This document shows, one piece after another, positions 49,701 to 61,023 of a stretch of 64,000 bases of DNA. Source of the DNA: Balanoglossus misakiensis (lineage: Eukaryota > Animalia > Hemichordata); assembly GCA_040954595.2 (NCBI GenBank), contig CM082579.2:3709227-3773226 (forward strand), given 5' to 3'. How positions within the stretch are numbered: position 1 is the stretch's first letter; every line of letters starts with the position of its first letter. The translations under genes were made by a program, and so were the position numbers. The notes under the pieces are model-generated. The model made no database searches. It had not been told where the DNA came from and saw only the letters and a program-made list of their open reading frames with translations.

Positions 49701-52700
49701 AGTACTTGGGGCACATATGGCTGTTATAAAACGCATGCAGAGAAAGATAGAGACAGAATAAAATATGGAGGGGTTGAAACGCTGCCACAAACAGACAAAG
49801 GAACCTGCAGATTGGGAGTATATCCTGGGGCTATGGGAGGAAGAAGAAACTCTGGTTCAGAAAAAAAATTGTCTGAAAATGGAGAAACCCAAGTAGTGTG
49901 AAGAGGAAGTTGGCTAGAGCTTGGAGTGATCTCGAGGGGGAGGATGGCAGAGTCTTGTTGTTCAACTACAATAAATGGGTCAAGGACAGGCCGCACTGGG
50001 AGACAATTAATCTGGGAAGGAAAAAAGACTTGATTTATGGTGACATGTCAGAAACGTGTATGAATGCTGCTACATGCAGATTAGTGAAAGTTGCTCTCTT
50101 GTTGCGGCCTGGCCAGGTCACGAGTTATTTGAAACCGATAGGTGACATATATATTGCAGTTTATGAAATTCTGTACGATATGAAATCCTGCCAGTTGCAT
50201 TTTATTTCAGTGGAAAGGGACGGGTGCAGTGTGCATATGTGTGTACAAGTATTCAGAACTTAGTATACCTGATAGTGATACTCTATTGCAAGGTAACCTG
50301 CACTAAGAAAATATCACACCAATAATCTTGCCAGCTCAGTGTGGCAAATGTGACTGATATGCCACACTATGCGGGGGATACACATAATTTTTTGAGTGCC
50401 ACATGTATGTTACAAAGGGGTACAGCCTCCCCCCTCCCTTTAAGTCCTTACTGTGAGCCCTCTTCCGTCTCATTTTTCTACGCTATTCCCCCTCCCCCAA
50501 TGGTTCTCTGTTAAATTATAAAACAAGTGCCTTTTTGAAAGGTCCAAATCACTTCATGTATGCTACATGTACAAAGATAAATACACTATAGTCATGCCCT
50601 TTCTCAGAGAAGGCTTCCCCTTCTTCAGATAATTTTCAGTGCCTCGAGCATCAAACTACACCACTACTGCTGTTCATTTTAAAATTACAAAATCTTATCA
50701 GGTATCGCATCCAGCAAACCAAAATTTCCTGGGTATAAACTCGATTTCTCCACAGCCCCAGGCAACCAATACTTTTTGCTTAGCAAAACAGCACGTAGCT
50801 CAAATGTTAAATTGGTTGGGCTCGGGGGCAATTGATGGAAACATCAATTTACAGTAATTCCAAACAAGCAAGGAACACTTGAAAATAAATAAATTTTGTT
50901 TTTTACTTATCAACTGAATAATAAAGCTACTTTATTTTTTATTATGCTGGTAATCATCTAAGCGTAAATCATACTACAGATGACGGAGTAAATTTCAGGG
51001 TATTCCATCGGAGTTATTACCTGCACTTTCCTGCCTGAAAATTAACTACATTATGATGAATTTTATTTCCTGACGAGAAATAAAAGGATAAAAATGCCCC
51101 ATTATTTTCCCCCTGTCTCTTTTATTCCAAATGGGGCTGTGTTGCCTAACTGCACAGACTTGCCAGCGGCCACGACTGAATTTCCAATTTGAATTGTAGG
51201 CCGCTTCCTCAGATTGTCTATTAATATTGCATTGTAGGCTCTCTAATGTGCCATAAACATGGAGAGAATCGACTCCATATAAAAAATCTACGAGCTCTAA
51301 AGAGGAAAAGTGAATATGATACTTTAGGAGGCACTCTCAGAATGCACAATTCTCTCCCTTTAATACATTTTCACACAATGAAATCCAATTTCCCCCCGAA
51401 AATGCAACATCAAGAGCGTCTTTTCATCTGTTAATATTGCTATTTGCCGACAACAATGCCTGTGTTTCATGGCTGATCTTACAAATGTATTACAAAACAC
51501 ACTAACTCTCGTCAGCTGATCAACATCTACATTTAATCGTCAAAAGAGGAGGTCATCGCCTGCTATCAAGTATTCTCCGAAGATCCCCTCACCATCTCCA
51601 TCTCGTAATGGCTAGCAATTATTAATTGACACCGTCGTCTTATAATCCGTACTAATCTCCAATTCTCTGAATTTGAAAATCCTGTGGTAATACTTGGTAT
51701 GTTTACTGTTCTGAGGCTTGAAAAGATTTTATGGATATCAGGGAAAAAAATTATTTTGGAAGCTCAAAGCTCCCATTATCCAGTCATTGTGAATGACACA
51801 GTTCCTGATAGCAAATGGAAGAATGAACATGGTATGTGATGAAAGAGAGTAAATTATTCCAGGTGCCAACTGCGCGTGTGAATAAGAATAATCATGCCTT
51901 GGTACATCAGAAGCCACTTCCTGTCGGCCATGTTGGATATTGGCTGTAATACAGCAAAACCAACTAGTGGCCCACTTATGAAAGTCCCAGCTTTCATTTA
52001 ATGATTCCAGTGTATCATTCCGTCATACCACAAAACAAATTTCTATCCAGATACCCAGTACTTCCCTCTTGAGCAAGGTTTGAAGGTTTTGTCCGAATAT
52101 GGCTCAGCTGGCCAGATGTCATGTACATGTACAGGCACACAGAACACAATCTGCAAGTCCCCGATGTGGACCCGGCCCGGTGGGGACAAACAACTGCCAT
52201 AAAACTCTCCCCTACTGAAAAGTGTTCTGTATATATCATGTGCACTCACAAGATATGACATATTGCACTTCCTGTCTTGTTAGAATAGTAAACTGTAATT
52301 TGAGGTTGACATAGCAACAGGAAGAACAGTGCTGGAGATCAAGTTGAGTGTACATGGAATCTTAACATTGTGTACGACTTGACCTACTGACTCCCCTTCT
52401 CCATATTAAACAAACATGATGTATTTGAAACTTAATAATTCCAAAAATACCTCAGAGTTACAGTCATATCAAAAATTTCATTCAAGATGGAGATTCTGTT
52501 TCAGGGATAGCTTTAGGGGGTCATATATGCCGTGCGCTTGCTGTTGAAGCCAAAACTGAAGATATTGAGTTTGAGTATTGAGTTTGATATTGCACATGCT
52601 GACATGCAACTCACGAAGCTGGTGAGGCTAGAAAGTATGCTTGCCACCGCATTCTGTCACCATGGTGATGCCCTATTACACGAGTATACACTGTAACATC

Positions 52701-55700
52701 TCTAATTTGAACTTTCCAGCACTTGCTGCCAGTGATTTCACAGGGTGAGAAGCAGTGATTTCATTGTGTATGCACTGTTGCGGGCAAGATCGCAAAAATC
52801 ACTGATTTTGCTCACCTGGTGAAGTCAAGCACAGGAAACAGTCACTATAGTTACCTGGAGATGTTTGTAACACTGTAGGTCTCATATTGGTTATGTGAGT
52901 GAATTATATTTCTAACAGAGGTTGCTGATGGCATAATGATTTACCTGGTGAGCGTTCCTTGCTCTGCTGCATCTTCCTCTCGTTCTCGTCTCTCTTTTCC
53001 TTCTTCGGGGACACGCTGTTTTCTCTCGCCTTCTCAATCCCTGAGTGCGGAGAACTGATGTCGCTGCTGCTGGGCGATCGATCGCTCCTGCCCGACCCGC
53101 CGTCTGACCTTGAACTTGTGTTGATGGACAGCGAGAGGGGCTGCTCTTGCCGGTGAGACATAGTGCTGTGGTGTTGGCTGGTCGCCATGGCGAGGGAGGT
53201 CGGGATCATACTGGGATGAGTGGTCAGAAGATACGGGGAGAGGTAACCATTTGCAATGGCCGCTGTTTTGGCGTCTCGGAGACCTAGAGGAGTAAAACCA
53301 GAAAAGTCTGCACGGAGAGTTAGTCTGCCCTCTATCTTCAAAATTTGGAAGATTCACAATACATGCATGTACTAGTATACAAATGTACGGTTACCAGAAG
53401 TTTGGCTCCAACCCACCAAAATTTTTACAGCCAGTGTTTTTTCTCATCTTGGGCACCCGTCTGGCCTTAGAGCACTTAAAACAGGTAAACTTTAACCTTC
53501 CCTCATTCCAGCACCGATTCAATAAAAATATCTCCCATCATTATTTTTCTGAATGGAGTAACATGATCTTCATCTGAAGAAGTATCACATCGCAGACGCA
53601 AACATCCGAGGTGTCAGACCAGCTTTGCTTCAAGCGGCTTTTGCACAGTTATTAGTGCAACCAATGGGTCGGTTCTATCGTCTACTAAATTAAGATAAGA
53701 CTTCTTAAGGGCATAAGAATTTACCTTCCGATGCAGTGATACGGGGGAGAAAAAAACAACTCAATCCACTAAAGTATAGAATCAATCATTTTATAAAAAC
53801 CAGTGTACTCCGAGTCTTCGGTAAATTGAAAGCCTGCTACTCCGAATACAGATCATTTCATTAGACCATCACGGGAGGTCGAATTCGCTCACATTTTTTT
53901 TCTGGCTCAATGACTTTCTAATAACAGAGGAAACAGTGTCGCAGGAATTTCGCTTCAAAATAATTGGGTTACAGTTCTAATTATCTCGGTAAATTACCAT
54001 GAAAACTAAACCTGCAACATAATTTGTCACATTGCAGTAACACTATCCAGTCTGTACATTTAAGAGTCTGTTTTTATCCCCCCCCCCCCCATCAACTTCA
54101 CCGCAGCTGTGATCCATCTCTTCCCAACATCGTGGTTGTGAATAACAGAGCGCATTTACGAGTAGTTTTTGTTAAATTGAAAGGGATTTTACGAAAGGGC
54201 GATTAAAAATGACAAGCTTCTGGGGGTATCAGCGTGGACCAGACTCAAAAAGAGCGAGAAATCAACGTGAAAATGACAAAGGAATTGGGCGCTCAAGAAC
54301 CTTATCTTGTGTAAGTGATACATTAATATGAACTGCAATATCCGTCTACACGTATCCAACTATTATCTGCCAACAAACTGGATATTTTCAGTCACACAAT
54401 TACCGTATCAGTTTCGTGAATGGACATAAATTGGACATGACTATATAAACCAGAAATTGCAAAAAAAAATCCCCTCTTTTAAACAAATACATGCACGACA
54501 CACACTTGCTTTGACTTGTGGAAATCTCCCTTTAAACAATGCACGTCACACATCGACAGAAGGGATTCACAGCTCTCGATCACAATTCAATGACACTCGC
54601 ATTAAAAATAAAGAACCCGGAGAACTGAAATTGAAAGACAACATTCGGAGCCAGCGATTTAAATTAGAGACAATTTACTCGAGAACCTAATTGCATTAAC
54701 GGCATTATTACTATTTGTTCGGCGGCAGAGAGGAGAATTTTTTTTCCGAGCTGCACAACCTGATGAAATTCAAGGTGATTTGAGAAGTGAATCTCTATAT
54801 TCCCGATGAGTCGCTGTTTTAATTCTTACACTTCTTTATATATTCATGCTGACAGGCCTGCTCAATTCCGGCAATCTAACCATACTGTTCAATGCAAACA
54901 AGCAGATAAAATCAGAGTGATAAGAGTAAATGATAGAAGACATTTCTAGAGAGTGACTCACTCCATTTTTCCCCCTTTTTTTCATAAAGACAATCCACCA
55001 GGCTTTTTGTAAATAGGACAGACGTTGAACACTGCATAAATCAGGTCAAGTACACCTATTTAATGCAGGCCGATGTTAATTTGATGAAATGAACAGTGAA
55101 ATCAACGTGGCACTCAGGAAAGAAAAAATAATTACCGATGGACCGCACATCACTGTGCAGCACCACTTTGGCCTTGAATTTACAAAAATAAAAGTTAGCA
55201 ACAAATAATTTGATAAATGAGGGCACAGTAATCCATTTAAATTATTTCAAGTGCGCAAGCAAGCTTATTTCATTGGCTGTGGGGATTTTATTTCTGACGT
55301 TCAGGGTTAGATGAGTTTGTGTTTAGCTGCTCGTTGAATTGTTCAATTTGGATCATCTTTCGGTAAGTCACCACCCAGCTAAGGTGTAAATACAGGTGGA
55401 AAAGTGACATGAGCTTGGAATTGATCACTAATTAGCATGTTGATTACTTGTGTGACATGTAGTGTCCATACATGTATATATAGAGCGGTACCAGTTCATT
55501 TTATGATTATTCACCATGGTTCTTAATTGGTTTTAATGCATTGATCGCCCGATACATCAACTGCTTGTTCATTAACACATTGACGGTATAAATAAAGCAA
55601 TCTTCAATAAATTGTTTGCCGGTTCAAGGATAAGTGGAACACCCATCATTTAATATATTGATCATTTTGCGACAACCTCTGATCTCCGTACATACAGTTG

Positions 55701-58102
55701 CGATTATTTCTGATACAACGTACTTGTACAGGTCTGTTTGCTGAAATATGAAATACATGTACCTGATAGAGCTCCACTCAAACCCTGAGTGTGGATTAAA
55801 CATGTGAATTTTACCAGTGAATCACTTTTGATTTTCACAGCAATCGTTGTCACAATGATCACAATATAAACTGATTAGTTTAGCTGACTGATCATTCACA
55901 CAGATCAATCACTACATGTCGACCATTTTTATACATCGATTGCTTTCACACGGATGACACCAAATATAGATGGTATTATGAGAATATGAGAACACTGTTT
56001 ACTTCTTGACCACACTCACGTTGCGACTACCATATGTGAGACTATGCGAAAAAGTTCGCGCTATCATATTGGATCTTTCACACAAATACATGAAGAATCA
56101 ACACGAAAAAAAAAAAGAAAACTGAAATGTAATGTGTCAGAGTTCTCATTTGTCAGTCGTGGAAAAACTTGCGCACGTGCCTCTAAAGTTTCTCAAATTA
56201 TGAACTCTGCACCTTGGACAGCAAAAAAAACCCAAAACACGTTCGTTGAATTCCTGTGCCAATTTCGAGCATTGTTTGATGAGGCTTTGTGGGCAACAAA
56301 CATTGCAATTTGTCACAGCAAATTCTCGTTTTACAGTGTGTCATATTTATTGATGTAAGTAAGGACTTCAGTTATACTCTGAATTCCTTCAAATGCGGTA
56401 TCTTATCTTGAGACGGCTAGGGCAAATACTGGCCCAACGAAACAACAAAAGAAAGCTGTATTTTATCGGTCTTGGTTCGACATACACAAAGCCGGGGCCT
56501 TGAAAACTGAAAACCTTTTTATCAAACTGTCCAACAAAAACGTCAAAATGGAAATTACCTTTGAAATTTATATGACTGTATATCAGTATAAATTGATAAA
56601 AATGAAAATTTATGAAAGAAAGTGACCTGGTGCACATTCTCCAGTTATTTGTCAAAGACAAATAAACTCATAAATTGGCGTGAATTATTATAAGGAGACT
56701 TTCAATGCTTATATGAACAGTCGTCATAAATATCAAATTAAAAGAAGTTTATCCAGCTGCCGTTGCAAGCCACCACGGGGTCCGGGTGAGCGTTTGACGT
56801 GGAATGACGTTTGATGGAAACAAAAAGTGGCAACTGACAGTGACTGATGTTTCATTAGACCTTAGCTGTCGCTTTTTTGAGTATACAATGACTTGGAAAC
56901 TTTTGACGTGCAATCGGCCATAAACGTCAGGTCAAATAGTAACAACAAGCCCCAGCTCTGTCCTTGTGTCAATACTACAAATTATACAAAGTACACTCCA
57001 CTCCACGTCAGGGCAATAAATAGCACTGGTCGCGCTCAGCAGGGCCAGCCATTTCAACATGCAGGATTCATAGCCGATTAAAATATCAGCACACACTATA
57101 TAATTCTCCCCTCTCTCTCTCTCCTCGGACCTCTAATAACCCAATACTTGAGCAGTTTCTGGGTTTCATCCAATTGTCATGTTTATCTGAAATGGCTATG
57201 ATTAATATCTTTTGAATGGGGCATCTCTCTTGGGGGTGGGATATACATGTAACTACGCTAATGGTGAAATTACTGGTTAAGATTTGTTAAGTGCCAAGTC
57301 GACTAAAATGTCACTGATATTTGCATTTGGTGCATTTGTGAAATCTTATAGCCGAGCCTTTGTATTTGTATTAGGGTGCTGAAATTGAAACAACTGCACC
57401 TGCAGGACACCCAATATACGAAAGTCTCTAGTTCACAGCCATCCAGATTATCGAGGGCATGGCTATGGCAAGGGTGGGTGTTAGTTTTGGTCTATCCATG
57501 TTCTAAGACAGTGTCTGCCTCTGGCTGGAAGTGATGAACAGGATTCTGTCTTATACGACATCCCATGATTCCAAATGTGTCGACTATACGCTCCGACACC
57601 CTGCTTTTACCTCAATCGTGACCAAAGTGGTTGAATCCGTCTATTAAACAAAAGAAGCCTCATCTATCATGGGTTATTAGAGGGATAACCCAGGAAGCCA
57701 TGCCACGGTAAACTATAGACAAAATCAAGCGTAATTACACTCCAAGATAATATTGTGCATTTCATGTAATTACAAAGATGACAATCTCGCAGCATTAATA
57801 TAGAAAGGAAATTAACTTCTTTCGCGGCTCGACCGGCAAAATGGAAAAAATTTCAATCAATATGAAACATGCCTCCCAGTGAAATGCAACATGTCTGGGC
57901 AGTGAAATCTTCCAGATTGGATGGCCCCGGCCGGCGACATGCAAAATGCTTGTGTAGGCAGCGTCAAATCAGTGCCAAAAGCTTACCTAGTCCGTTGGTG
58001 ATGTCGCCATTCTCCAGCTTGTGCTTTTTCAGCATGAAATGGCCTGAGGGCGAGAGCCCAGGGGGAGGCAAGGTTCGCTTCGGAGGTCTCCCGGGCCGAC
58101 TG
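46536..58102 (-). CDS. DACH: Dachshund homolog, 5'-partial: join(complement 57987..58102, 52945..53283, 48995..49210, 48778..48861, 48470..48610, 48223..48330, 46536..46714)
   Basis: SRPGRPPKR (immediately follows DD1 in Dach proteins); DD2 box SSIETLLTNIQGLLKVAADNAKQQEKQINLEK-AELKMELLREKELRESLEKQL...IIQKRLKKEKKAKRKLQEQLE; RTDAERK. All introns GT-AG with compatible phases. The DD1 (Ski/Sno) exon was not found in 58103-64000, so it lies outside the window. Confidence 0.93.
47790..48145. repeat. Pyrimidine-rich low-complexity tract with recurring CATCC/GTATTCC motifs in the last Dach intron
   Basis: Strong C/T bias; catccgtattcc at ~47906 and ~48123; tctgtattcc at ~47981. Confidence 0.65.
48223..48330 (-). 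CDS. DACH: Dachshund exon
   Basis: ctgtttgcag|(D)SQLTTSKFAGYPSDALTQELRMERNARTDAERKLL|gtaata; 108 nt. Confidence 0.85.
48470..48610 (-). CDS. DACH: Dachshund exon (DD2 coiled coil)
   Basis: gttttgcag|(A)IIQKRLKKEKKAKRKLQEQLE...|gtaggt; 141 nt. Confidence 0.93.
48778..48861 (-). CDS. DACH: Dachshund exon (DD2 coiled coil)
   Basis: atctttcag|(A)ELKMELLREKELRESLEKQLLAEQKTR|gtaaat; 84 nt. Confidence 0.93.
48995..49210 (-). CDS. DACH: Dachshund exon (start of DD2)
   Basis: tttcgtttcag| ... AAAG|gtgaga; 216 nt; SIETLLTNIQGLLKVA. Confidence 0.93.
52945..53283 (-). CDS. DACH: Dachshund exon (Ser-rich linker)
   Basis: ttttactcctctag| ... CCAG|gtaaat; 339 nt; PYLLTTHPSMIPTSLAMA resembles the Dach linker motif. 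Confidence 0.85.
57987..58102 (-). CDS. DACH: Dachshund exon (SRPGRPPKR)
   Basis: ccattgcag|C AGT CGG CCC GGG AGA CCT CCG AAG CGA...NGL|gtaagc; 116 nt, phase 2 to 1; not in the ORF track. Confidence 0.9.
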
Positions 58103-60891
58103 CTGCAATGGAATCGACAGACAAGATGTTAATAACCGGGAGTTTTTTGTCAAATTTCGGCATCATTCATGACCAATTACCCTGTTTAATAGGATGAAGT
58201 CTTGTGTTTTCTTATCTCCAGTGATGTATACGTGTACATAATGAAGCCAGCCGAGTCATTCACATCGTTATCCATTTATACAGTGTGTGCTATCTTAACT
58301 GTCATCCATGTAAAGTCCCCTTTAGCAAGCTGTTTTTTTTCAAGAGAAAACCACTCAACTTTCAAATATTCGGATTAAAGGCAAACCTTATCTCTTCTGC
58401 AAATCATTAAACAACAAAAATATATATGTGTGTGCCTCAATCTCTCTTTCTAGTGGAGTTCACACTAGAACATTTATGCCGGCCTTACACAGGTGTATGG
58501 GTTTTAAGTCGGCCAAAGGTGATCAGTGCATGTAGTGCGGACATGTTACGCCAGCCCTGATCCTGGTCTATGGATGAGCGTGTACACAAACCGGCCAATA
58601 AGCACACTAAGAAGGCTTTGCTACAAAACAGGTGGCTTAGCTGTCGCCTCATTGGCCGATACATTCTGCTCTCGACAAAGAACACATTAGGACAGGCAAT
58701 TTCTGCATGAAAATTGTCAAATTCAACAACTCAATTATTGCAAACCTTTAAATCAGATTTTACGACAAAGGAAAGACATTTGCACAATCCTCAATCGCAC
58801 AAATCCCAATAAATATCATTAGCTCACACTTTACCCAATCATTAAATTTCCACCGATGGATACTGGATGTGTCAGCAAAATCCATTCTGGATTTTCCACC
58901 GACATACGCAGCAAAACAGGACTCTTAGCGACCAGTCCATTACAATTATGAAACATGCATTTTAGAAAACTACTTTCTTTGATTAATTGAACAATTAATC
59001 ATTTCCTTTTGGACCAAACAAAATATCCTCCAAGATAATGAAAGAAATCATCAAAATGTAATGTCAACTAATCAATGTACCATTTTATTAATATTTTCCT
59101 TTTTCACCATTTTTAGCTATATTAGCGATTTAATAGACTATAAATCTTGCTCGGGACAGGATGATCGCATTATTCTACCAAATGAATCAACCATTATTAT
59201 CCAGGCTTTTAGAAGATTCTTTTTTAGTGTGCTGTAACATTTTATGAGCTCAGAACTTAGTAATTTGTGTTCACAGGGACTTTATCCCCGTATGTCCTGG
59301 CTGAACTGTGAGCAATGGTTTTCATTCAACAGTTTTACGGTAACTGACTTTCGGCAGATGAGTTGCTTTGCTTTTTGACCACTCCTTCCCAAATGAATTC
59401 CACGGAGAAATTCTCCGGTATAGAAGAATATTTCAAAGTCATGGCCTGCTAGGTTTTCTTGGTTTGTTCTCGAAAGCACATGTGTAAACCTAAGTGTGAA
59501 TGCGCTTCCTGAATTCATGAGATGTTGAATCCATCCATTGTTCATTCAGCTTTCCCCGTTTGTGCATGTTTGAGAATGCAAATGTGATATTTAAAAAAAA
59601 TAATCCAAATCTTTGTGTCCCAGTCTTATTTGCAGTGGAGTTGACAGGACAACGAATGTGTGATCCTGTTCTTGTGGCTTGGCACGGACTACGAGATACG
59701 GTCATGCATCCGGTGGCCTAAATTGTTAGTGGCCATCGTGTGATCACCAGGAGAAAGAGAGAGCGAGGCCTCAACTGTATGTTTTACAGCTCGCATTTAT
59801 TACAGTTGCCAGTGACATCTTCCTTGCGAGATTTATCACGGATGCCTTTCACAATGTATGCAAATGGGAAGCTGACCTACATGGTCACTCTGCCACAATT
59901 GCATACAATGTTCATGTGAGACTCAAAGAAACTGTAAATGTCACGGTTTTCAGAAGAGGGGGGAAGAGGAGGAGGGTGATGTGTGCATTAATTCATCTCA
60001 AAGATGAGAGAAATTTGCAAAGCTGAAGTTGAAATAATTGTGGTGACTCAACCAGTGCCACGTTTCCGGGACGATTAAAAACGTGGTACTGCAGAAGTAA
60101 AATGATCTGATTGTCCACATGTGAGCAGTTTGACTTAATAATGTTTTGTATAAGGCAATTAAGTATGCAAGTATGGAGGGTTAAAAGTTTACAGCATAGC
60201 AAAATTTGTATGAAAAAAACAGGGGATGTAGATGAGACACCTCACTGTAAAAAAACTTAATTGCCAGAATACCCAACAGAAAACAGCCGGAATGGACTAG
60301 CGTAGGACACAAAAGATCAAAGTGTCTGTGTGTGTGGTATTCTAAATTTTTTCAGAAAGGTTCTGACGGGCAATCAATTTCCAGTGTGTGTGGATTTCTC
60401 GCAGCCACATTTGTCCTTCAGAATTCACTTGTTTTTTATCATTTAGAAGTTATTAGCTGTGAATTCCCACGAGATCACACTTAGTAATCTTCCCAAGTCT
60501 CGCATTTTATACATTGACCGGGACAGACCATTCAGTCTACAGGGGAGTACGTGCCACCACTATACTCAGGAGACAGAACATGGAAATCCTTCGCTATTTG
60601 GACAGAAATCTCTACTATACAGGTGGAGGATTCAATCTCCCCCCCTCCCCCTCCCCTCCTCAGTTTTCCTCCCCAAAACATCCTACCACTGTGATACATA
60701 CACTGACTACACTGACAACAAAAAACAACAACCAAATTGTCCACATGCAATTGGCCAGAGGTCACTTTCTCAATTTGACCCCAATGGGCAATTTGACCCC
60801 TGGCAGGATGGAAGCCATTTGTTTTCGAACATAATACTCTTGTAGTTTCCTTTTTATCTCCCCATTCTCCATGAATTTATCCTGACCTTAA

Positions 60892-61023
60892 AGGGGACAG
60901 AAGCTGTAAATTTTGATGATTATTTTATTATTTTGGTCTCAGGCCAATTACGAGAACTTGACAATTGTTCAGCCTATCAATAAAGTAATATGTATATAAT
61001 GTAATGATGATGTTGTTGTCCCT
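60892..61023. mobile_element. Degenerate Kolobok-like MITE (~132 bp)
   Basis: TTAA|AGGGGACA ... TGTCCCT|TTAA; same terminal signature as the 12913 element but a short TIR. Confidence 0.5.

Noticed and set aside
52614-52690. Possible extra Dach cassette exon (ttacag|...|gtgagt, open frame)
   Set aside because: It would enter in phase 1 and exit in phase 2, breaking the frame; no Dach similarity, and the flanking exons already join in frame.
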